From the IMG/VR virus record IMGVR_UViG_3300029996_000156, positions 1 through 5,230 of that record: 5,230 nucleotides of DNA, one strand, 5' to 3'. Source of the stretch: a virus. The notes under the pieces were generated by a model. The model was given only the letters and a program-made list of their open reading frames with translations. It was not told the origin of the DNA and did not search any database. Below, one piece after another: positions 1-4,394 of the stretch. Both the position numbers and the translations under genes were made by a program. Positions within the stretch are counted from its first letter, which is position 1, and each line of letters begins with the position of its first letter.

Positions 1-69
1 ATCCCCAAGTCCGTGAAGCAGGTAAGTGCCTTAGAATACGATACAGAGCAGATTATTAGTAAGCAATAA
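1..69 (+). CDS. Duplicated 3' end of the Zot-like ATPase gene (the same bases as 5143-5211). It is a circular-overlap artefact, not a separate gene.
   Basis: Frame 1 reads IPKSVKQVSALEYDTEQIISKQ then TAA at 67-69, identical to the C-terminus of ORF 4597-5211. Confidence 0.9.
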   Translation: MPKSVKQVSALEYDTEQIISKQ

Positions 70-88
70 GTTGCTTCGTTTTGTTGCG
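1..88. repeat. Terminal direct repeat, copy 1 (identical to 5143-5230), consistent with a circular assembly overlap
   Basis: Direct base-by-base comparison: atccccaagtccgtgaag...cgttttgttgcg occurs at both window ends. Confidence 0.97.
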
Positions 89-101
89 GCGATAGCCGCC
101 G

Positions 102-154
102 AAAAAAAAAACTTCCCCCCGTGCCCTTTAGGGTCAGGGGGGTTGTTTTTTTTT
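102..154. terminator. Bidirectional rho-independent terminator that closes both the plus-strand Zot gene and the minus-strand cassette
   Basis: An A10 run (102-111) is followed by a CCCCCC (115-120) / GGGGGG (137-142) stem with an inner CCC/GGG pairing, then a T9 run (146-154). Each strand therefore reads hairpin followed by a U-run. Zot stops at 67-69, and the minus-strand ORF stops at 158-160. Confidence 0.8.
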
Positions 155-157
155 ACT

Positions 158-424
158 TTAAATTTTGTTGACGAAAACAAACATGTTTTCATCGCGTACG
201 AGATTGCCGTCTTCATCATACTTACCGCATGCGCCGTCTTCGTTCCATTTTTTCGCTGTCTCGATGCAGTAGTCAACATCTTCTACTTTGTAAGTGTCTG
301 TTTCTTCGTTGTATGGGAGTGAGCTTGAGTTGAAGTAGTCGATGCTCCAGTCTGGGTCATATCCGTTTCCGTTCCATCGTTGGAGTTTAATTTCTACGGT
401 CTTTTTTCCATCGGTGAGTTTCAT
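158..424 (-). CDS. 88-aa acidic small protein of unknown function (about 19 D/E against 11 K/R), distal gene of the antisense cassette
   Basis: ATG start, with AAAGGAG at 434-440 leaving 9 nt between the GGAG core and the ATG. The upstream gene's TGA stop (440-442) abuts this RBS, and the terminator follows immediately. I see no TM segment or HTH motif. Confidence 0.75.
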   Translation of the reverse strand: MKLTDGKKTVEIKLQRWNGNGYDPDWSIDYFNSSSLPYNEETDTYKVEDVDYCIETAKKWNEDGACGKYDEDGNLVRDENMFVFVNKI

Positions 425-439
425 TTTTTCTTTCTCCTT

Positions 440-676
440 TCAAAATCTCGTGAATGTTTTTCCGTCTGTTGTCTGTGCGATGAACTCCCAGAAAATATCA
501 TCAAGATACGCCGTTGTATCAACGTCGTTAATGTCAATACGCATGATGATAAAAAAGTCATAAAACTCTTTTTTTTCGTTCACTGCGGTGTACTTGACTG
601 CTCTGTATTGATAGTTTTTTGTGTAGACGATTCTTTCCGTAAAGACCTTTTCGAGGAATTTTGATTTAACTTTCAT
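440..676 (-). CDS. 78-aa small protein of unknown function (basic N-terminal half, acidic C-terminal half), proximal gene of the antisense cassette
   Basis: ATG start, with an AAAGGAAAGGAG RBS whose GGAG core (685-688) leaves 8 nt before the ATG. It lies downstream of a near-consensus promoter. The overlapping plus-strand ORFs (342-563, 380-664) lack an RBS. Confidence 0.75.
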   Translation of the reverse strand: MKVKSKFLEKVFTERIVYTKNYQYRAVKYTAVNEKKEFYDFFIIMRIDINDVDTTAYLDDIFWEFIAQTTDGKTFTRF

Positions 677-701
677 GGGCTTAACTCCTTTCCTTTTATG
701 C

Positions 702-749
702 TTCTATTGTAGCATAGAAATTTCTATTTGTCAATATGAAATTCTATTT
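702..749. promoter_or_regulatory. Operator-like repeat set overlapping the cassette promoter
   Basis: TTCTAT occurs at 702-707, 722-727 and 742-747, an exact 20-bp phasing. The extended direct repeats are GAAATTTCTATTT (717-729) and GAAATTCTATTT (738-749). The inverted pair TTCTAT (702-707) and ATAGAA (714-719) brackets the -10. Confidence 0.6.
706..734 (-). promoter_or_regulatory. Sigma70/SigA-type promoter for the minus-strand cassette
   Basis: Read on the minus strand: -35 TTGACA (734-729), an exact 17-nt spacer, then -10 TACAAT (711-706). This sits about 30 nt upstream of the ATG at 676. Confidence 0.7.
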
Positions 750-769
750 TCTTTTAAAAAAAACGCAGG

Positions 770-983
770 CAGTTGCTACGTTTAGTCACGCGATAGCGTC
801 TCCACCGCGTCCCTCGTCCTCGCAAGGGCAAAGCCCTTGCCATTCCAAAACAGGCTGGTAGGGGCTCTTAAGTTACCTGCTCTATCGTCATGGCGCTTCG
901 AGTTGGACAAAACTATGATTTTGTTCGACCTCCGTGCATCTTCGGTGCGCCGTGAATCGCTGGGCTACGTCTTAAGCGATTCA
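770..983 (+). other. GC-rich, hairpin-dense non-coding region: candidate single-strand origin (sso) and/or double-strand origin (dso)
   Basis: Hairpins present: ACGC-GATA-GCGT (788-799, containing TAGCGT at 794-799); a perfect 8-bp stem GCAAGGGC-aaa-GCCCTTGC (822-840); an imperfect 11-bp stem (902-929); GTGCA/TGCGC with a loop containing the sequence TTCG (934-950); and an 8-bp stem TGAATCGC/GCGATTCA (953-983). There is no convincing ORF, and the region is visibly GC-richer than its flanks. Confidence 0.5.
953..983 (+). promoter_or_regulatory. Candidate dso nick hairpin
   Basis: An 8-bp perfect stem carries a 15-nt loop, TGGGCTACGTCTTAA. The loop contains CTACG, the core of the pMV158-family nick sequence TACTACG/AC. 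Iterons lie immediately downstream. Confidence 0.4.
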
Positions 984-1033
984 TGTAGTTTGTAGATATT
1001 TCTACAAATCTACAAAATCAATAAATTTTGTAG
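983..1033. repeat. Iteron cluster, a candidate Rep-binding locus
   Basis: TGTAG at 984-988. TTTGTAG at 989-995 and 1027-1033. The complement CTACAAA at 1002-1008 and 1010-1016. TTTGTAGA-tatt-TCTACAAA forms an 8-bp-arm palindrome (989-1008) nested inside a longer imperfect one (984-1014). Confidence 0.55.
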
Positions 1034-1141
1034 TTAGTTGCGGTCTTCTCTCACTGCTCTAATCCTTTCGTTAAATTTCATAAGTCCTCCGTGTTGTTTT
1101 TGGTAGAAAAGTCAATTATATTATAATTCCGAAAAATACTC

Positions 1142-1170
1142 TTGACTTTAGTTCCTATCGGTATTATGGT
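1142..1170 (+). promoter_or_regulatory. Candidate promoter for rep and the plus-strand operon
   Basis: -35 TTGACT (1142-1147), a 17-nt spacer, then -10 TATGGT (1165-1170). An alternative upstream TATAAT (1122-1127) lies inside the palindrome AATTATA-T-TATAATT (1114-1128). The rep RBS AGGGGG sits at 1202-1207. Confidence 0.45.
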
Positions 1171-1214
1171 TATATTCAGAAAGTACCTAACGCTACTAAA
1201 TAGGGGGTTTTAGG

Positions 1215-1769
1215 ATGTCTGAGAAACAATCAAGAAATTTTCTTGGTGTGTTGTACCCAGATTCTACCACTTATGACTGTGATAAAGTTCTAAATCGTAT
1301 CGAAGACGCTTTTACCGAATACGCCTATATCTTACATGACATGGATACTGATGAAAATGGGGAGTTGAAAAAAGCTCATTATCATTGGTGCGGTAAACGC
1401 TCTACTCCTGCTCCTATATCGACCGTAGCAAATGCTTTGGGCGTGGAACAAAATTCTATTGAGTTCTGTAAACGCTGGATGTCTTCGCTCCGGTATTTGG
1501 TACATGCAGACAACCAAGAAAAACACCAATATTCGCTGGATGACTTGTCTGCTAACTTTGATTGCGAGAACATCGTCGGAAAATCTGAAACTTACAAAAG
1601 TCGCCAAATTTTTGAACACATTAAAGATAATCCATCCGAGAGTTATACCGCGCTTACTGCATGGTGCTTCGAGAATAATTTATGGAGCGAGTTTCGCCGC
1701 TCATTTTCTGTTTGGGCAAATCTCCTGCGGGAGTTAAATTATTTTGATTCATTACAAAAAAAGGAGTAA
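1215..1769 (+). CDS. rep: Rolling-circle replication initiator, HUH endonuclease of the pMV158 RepB (Rep_2) type
   Basis: Motif-level match to RepB recalled from memory: FLGVLYPDS (compare FTFLLYPES), LHDMD acidic/His metal-ligand region, KKAHYHW HUH motif (H55-Y-H57, nt 1377-1385), and LRYLVHADNQEKHQYSLDDL with candidate catalytic Tyr94 (nt 1494-1496). The RBS sits 7 nt upstream of the ATG. Confidence 0.88.
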   Translation: MSEKQSRNFLGVLYPDSTTYDCDKVLNRIEDAFTEYAYILHDMDTDENGELKKAHYHWCGKRSTPAPISTVANALGVEQNSIEFCKRWMSSLRYLVHADNQEKHQYSLDDLSANFDCENIVGKSETYKSRQIFEHIKDNPSESYTALTAWCFENNLWSEFRRSFSVWANLLRELNYFDSLQKKE

Positions 1770-1775
1770 AAAAAA

Positions 1776-1976
1776 ATGAAAATTACCTGTGTCGACGTTG
1801 TCAATGGTTACACAAAAAAGGGCACTCCCTTTGTGCATGGCGCTTTCCGTGGTGTTGGTAAGTCCGGTTCTCCGTTCCTGTTCGTTGCAAACTGTCCGCC
1901 CGACTATGAGCCGCTTAAAGATTATGATGCTCGCGTCATTTTCTCCCCTCAAGGCAACTTTATTTTGCCTTACTGA
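1776..1976 (+). CDS. 66-aa protein, a candidate ssDNA-binding (gene V-like) protein by position only
   Basis: AAGGAG RBS (1761-1766) 9 nt before the ATG. It follows rep directly, as gV follows gII in Ff phages, and its small size suits an OB-fold. No sequence motif was recognised. Confidence 0.7.
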   Translation: MKITCVDVVNGYTKKGTPFVHGAFRGVGKSGSPFLFVANCPPDYEPLKDYDARVIFSPQGNFILPY

Positions 1977-1984
1977 TTTTTTAT

Positions 1985-2058
1985 CGCGGGGTGGTGCAAC
2001 GGTAGCACGTCAGTCTCTGAAACTGAAACTGCTGGTTCGAGTCCAGACCCCGCAACCA
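1985..2058 (+). tRNA. tRNA-Gln, anticodon CUG, with encoded CCA
   Basis: Manual cloverleaf. Acceptor stem 1985-1991 / 2048-2054, 6 of 7 pairs with C1.A72 unpaired. U8. D stem GTGC/GCAC with loop AACGGTA (A14, G18, G19, A21). Anticodon stem TCAGT/ACTGA with loop CTCTGAA (U33, anticodon CTG at 2017-2019, A37). A 4-nt variable loop. T stem GCTGG/CCAGA with one G.A mismatch, and T loop TTCGAGT. Discriminator A, then CCA (2056-2058). Confidence 0.8.
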
Positions 2059-2105
2059 AAACGGACTGACCTCCGTTATTCGATGTCGCGAAAGGTGGTG
2101 GCGAA

Positions 2106-3281
2106 GTGAAGAAAAAGCAGCGGTGCTTGGTTAAGCGCTTCGCCGCCCTTGTCGCGGCTCTGATGGTTTCTCTTTCTTTGTGTACTCCTTGTTTTGCTTC
2201 TGGCACGGAAATTGTTATGCCGTCTTTGGATGACTTTTATAAGCACCATGGTTCTTGGTTTGTTTGGCGTAAGCTTGTTTCTCACGGCATAGATTGTTTT
2301 GAGCTTCTTTGCTCTCCTATTTCTGTTTCTGGCTCTTCTTATACATTGCCGTATTCTATTTCTTATTCTACGGATGCGTTTGATGTTTCTTATTTGGCTA
2401 ACGATTCTGGCTTAGCTTATGATTATGCTTGCGCTTTTCCTTATCCTCTTCGCGGTGCTTCTGGTCTTTGGTCTGAACTTCCCTCTTTTCCTGTTGGTTT
2501 TGGTTTTTCCCCTCAAACTTCTGTTGTCCGCGTTTATTCTACTTCTGCTCAACCCTCTGGAACTTATGGCTTTTTAACTTCTTCTTTTAGCCGTTCAGAC
2601 CGTATTCTTTCTTTCGGTAATACTGCCGGTTCTTCTTCTGGCTCTTCTACTGATACTTTAGATTCTTTCACTTTTTCTTCCCCCTTTTATTCATATCCTT
2701 TTGCTATTCGTTATTCTACTTCTTCTTCTGCAAGCGGCTATGTTTTACAGGGTGGTGATTCTTCGTTTATTGTTCCTCCTAATGCTTATTCTAATTTGAT
2801 GCAAATAAATCTTAATTCTAATCGTTATCTTTTGGGAACTCATTCTTTTGTTCCTTATCCGTCCGGATATACTATTCCATCTTCTGATATCGGTTTTGTT
2901 TTTGTGAAAAAGCCTTCTTCCTCCCCTGTTTATTCTGCTTCTGCCTTTGATACTACCGCTTCTTTCGCTTTTTCTCTCCTTGTTCCTGCTTCTCTTTTGC
3001 CTGACGTTAAGCTTGGTGCCTGGCTTTCCGACTCGCCTGAGGATTTGCAGAAAGTTATTACTGATGAATTTGACATAGATTCTGATACCCTGAAAGAGTC
3101 TAAAGATTTATTGAATTCGTTTAAAAATTCTTCTTCTGTTGATAAAGATGTTGCTGCGGGCGCTTCTGGTCTTCTTGGCGCTATTTTTCAGAATTTAGGC
3201 ACGTTTCTCTTTTCCGTTTCTCTCCTTTGCTTTGGTGCTGTTTTTCTCCGAATTCTTATTAGAAAGGCGGTCGACGGATGA
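2106..3281 (+). CDS. 391-aa secreted, Ser-rich, C-terminally membrane-anchored protein: a candidate pIII-like adsorption/minor coat protein
   Basis: GTG start with an AAGGTGG RBS (2092-2098) 7 nt upstream. The Sec signal is MKKKQRCLVKRFAALVAALMVSLSLCTPCFA/SG. The body is long, Ser/Phe/Tyr-rich and of low complexity. A C-terminal TM segment (FLFSVSLLCFGAVFLRILI) is followed by RK. It is the largest ORF in the morphogenesis block. Confidence 0.8.
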   Translation: MKKKQRCLVKRFAALVAALMVSLSLCTPCFASGTEIVMPSLDDFYKHHGSWFVWRKLVSHGIDCFELLCSPISVSGSSYTLPYSISYSTDAFDVSYLANDSGLAYDYACAFPYPLRGASGLWSELPSFPVGFGFSPQTSVVRVYSTSAQPSGTYGFLTSSFSRSDRILSFGNTAGSSSGSSTDTLDSFTFSSPFYSYPFAIRYSTSSSASGYVLQGGDSSFIVPPNAYSNLMQINLNSNRYLLGTHSFVPYPSGYTIPSSDIGFVFVKKPSSSPVYSASAFDTTASFAFSLLVPASLLPDVKLGAWLSDSPEDLQKVITDEFDIDSDTLKESKDLLNSFKNSSSVDKDVAAGASGLLGAIFQNLGTFLFSVSLLCFGAVFLRILIRKAVDG

Positions 3282-3409
3282 GCTTTATTGACTTCTTCAA
3301 GTCCGTTTTCGGGCGTTTTGGTTCCGGTGGTGCGCTTGTTATCACTGTTGTCGTTTTCCTCGTAGCTCTTGGTATCTACAAATTTGTAAAGGATTTGTTG
3401 CCATGGTAG
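3278..3409 (+). CDS. 43-aa single-TM protein (MSFIDFFKSVFGRFGSGGALVITVVVFLVALGIYKFVKDLLPW), a coat-protein candidate
   Basis: Its ATG overlaps the upstream TGA (ATGA at 3278-3281). It has an amphipathic N-terminus, a hydrophobic core and a K-containing C-terminus. It falls below the ORF-track length cutoff and was translated by hand. Confidence 0.6.
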   Translation: MSFIDFFKSVFGRFGSGGALVITVVVFLVALGIYKFVKDLLPW

Positions 3410-3570
3410 ACTTTGTTTCGACTCTTGCTGTTGTGACATCGTTTATTGCGAATGTTCTTAACCTTTCTTTTTTCGGTTTCGGCACTTTTGGTACAGTTGT
3501 CCTTATCTTTCTTCTGCTTTCGCTTGTTGGTTTTGTTCTTCGTGCCATTTGGGATGGGGGTGATAAATGA
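3403..3570 (+). CDS. 55-aa hydrophobic membrane protein (MVDFVSTLAVVTSFIANVLNLSFFGFGTFGTVVLIFLLLSLVGFVLRAIWDGGDK)
   Basis: Its ATG overlaps the preceding TGG-TAG (ATGGTAG at 3403-3409), and its stop overlaps the next ATG (ATGA at 3567-3570). It has two hydrophobic segments. Translated by hand. Confidence 0.55.
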   Translation: MVDFVSTLAVVTSFIANVLNLSFFGFGTFGTVVLIFLLLSLVGFVLRAIWDGGDK

Positions 3571-4181
3571 TGGAAGTCCCTGTTGTTATCAAAACTTGGG
3601 TTGATTCTGACGGCGTTACCGTCTACACAGTGCAGTATAAAGATGGCAGTACTTGTGATATGACCGTCCAGCAGTATGATTATCTTAAGGCGTCTGCGCA
3701 GGCTGTCGCCGATTTGGACTCTAAAGCCGCTTCTGATTCTTCCTTGGAAGCTTCTCCTGCTCCTGAGGACCCCGCGCAGAATATTACAGAATCTCCTGAC
3801 CTCCGTGATGGCTATGTGCCGGAGGAAGTTGAATTGCCTTTTGAGGGGAGCTTGACCGCTTATGATGACCGCGCCGCAGATACTCCGGCTCTGTATGCTA
3901 ATCTCCCTAACGTCTCTAATAGTTTCACTGCTATTATGGATTGGTTCGGTGATACGTTTTTCATCGAACGCACTGAGACGGTTCACAAGTCCGGTTATAC
4001 GTCCGAAAGGTATTCCTATAACAGTTCGACTCAACTTATTCAGCTCCCTTATGAGGAAGATTCCATTACTACATCTCAAGTTCTCAACCCGCAAGCTTGC
4101 GTTTCTGCTTTGCTTGTTGTCCTTGTTTTTGTCACTACTGTTACATGGATTAAAAACGCGATTTGGGGGCGCATGAGCTGA
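3567..4181 (+). CDS. 204-aa acidic protein with a single C-terminal TM anchor and no signal peptide, function unknown
   Basis: ATGA overlap with the upstream ORF and TGATG overlap with the downstream ORF. C-terminal TM segment ACVSALLVVLVFVTTVTWI. The antisense 250-aa ORF (3342-4094) is Arg-rich and lacks an RBS. Confidence 0.72.
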   Translation: MMEVPVVIKTWVDSDGVTVYTVQYKDGSTCDMTVQQYDYLKASAQAVADLDSKAASDSSLEASPAPEDPAQNITESPDLRDGYVPEEVELPFEGSLTAYDDRAADTPALYANLPNVSNSFTAIMDWFGDTFFIERTETVHKSGYTSERYSYNSSTQLIQLPYEEDSITTSQVLNPQACVSALLVVLVFVTTVTWIKNAIWGRMS

Positions 4182-4294
4182 TGGAATTTCTTCCCTTGCA
4201 GTATTGTTTCGGTATCTTTTCTGTCCCCGAAATTGGCTATTTTATTATCTTTGCTGCTGTTTTTTCTATGTTGGTTCTCCTGCTCCGTCCGTGA
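4181..4294 (+). CDS. 37-aa hydrophobic peptide (MEFLPLQYCFGIFSVPEIGYFIIFAAVFSMLVLLLRP), similar in size to pVII/pIX minor virion proteins
   Basis: Its ATG shares one base with the upstream TGA (TGATG at 4179-4183). Translated by hand. The call rests only on coupling, size and hydrophobicity. Confidence 0.45.
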   Translation: MEFLPLQYCFGIFSVPEIGYFIIFAAVFSMLVLLLRP

Positions 4295-4394
4295 CAGGTG
4301 CCATAAAAATCTTATGAAAGGATGATGACTTCAGGGCCCTACTGCTTCTATTCTTGCCACGCTGCTTTCCTTGGTCGGTGAGTTTTTCACGTCG

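Noticed and set aside
31-322. ORFs 31-279 (minus strand) and 71-322 (plus strand)
   Set aside because: Both run through the bidirectional terminator (the A10 run, GC stem and T9 run) and overlap the RBS-supported 158-424 gene in other frames.
342-664. Plus-strand ORFs 342-563 and 380-664
   Set aside because: They are antisense to the two minus-strand genes, which have strong RBSs, a consensus promoter and a terminator. The plus-strand ORFs have none of these and encode Phe/Ser/Val-rich peptides of low complexity.
944-971. XerCD dif-like site: GGTGCGC (944-950) matches the first 7 nt of E. coli dif. The AT palindrome at 1114-1128 was also considered.
   Set aside because: Beyond the 7-mer, the sequence does not follow the 11-6-11 dif layout, with no ATAA-N6-TTATG core. 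The 1114-1128 palindrome also lacks the XerD-arm consensus. This is not enough to call a dif or attP site.
983-1033. TGTAG repeat cluster as a CRISPR array
   Set aside because: The repeats are 5-8 bp, occur in both orientations and are spaced irregularly by 2-15 bp. That is far too short for CRISPR repeats and spacers and fits iterons or a hairpin instead.
1332-1737. ORFs nested in or antisense to rep (1332-1619 minus, 1382-1573 minus, 1432-1737 plus)
   Set aside because: The rep frame carries the full ordered set of RepB-type motifs. These shadow ORFs have no motifs or RBSs.
2017-2019. The tRNA as a stop-codon suppressor, or the genome as stop-codon recoded (TGA or TAG reassigned)
   Set aside because: The anticodon is CTG, which reads the sense codon CAG, not CTA or TCA. 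Rep, the pIII-like ORF and Zot are intact under the standard code with no internal TGA or TAG. TGA is used repeatedly as a stop inside ATGA coupling overlaps. The tandem TGA TGA at 4323-4328 is better explained as a true stop.
2060-2080. Hairpin AACGGA-ctgacc-TCCGTT after the tRNA as a terminator
   Set aside because: It has only a 6-bp stem and a poor U tract (TTATT). It lies directly upstream of the RBS of the essential pIII-like gene. At most it is a weak attenuator or a processing structure.
1789-2109. 106-aa plus-strand ORF spanning the tRNA
   Set aside because: It runs straight through the tRNA cloverleaf and overlaps the well-supported 66-aa gene in another frame. It has no RBS.
3342-4094. 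250-aa minus-strand ORF, the second-longest ORF in the track
   Set aside because: It is antisense to the tightly coupled plus-strand ORFs. Its translation is Arg-rich and of low complexity, as expected for the reverse complement of a T-rich, Ser-rich coding strand. It has no RBS and no recognisable motif, and it would break the ATGA-linked operon.
3862-4176. 104-aa alternative-frame ORF inside the 204-aa gene
   Set aside because: It has no RBS and is a Leu/Ser-rich shadow frame. The 3567-4181 frame is supported by start and stop coupling at both ends.
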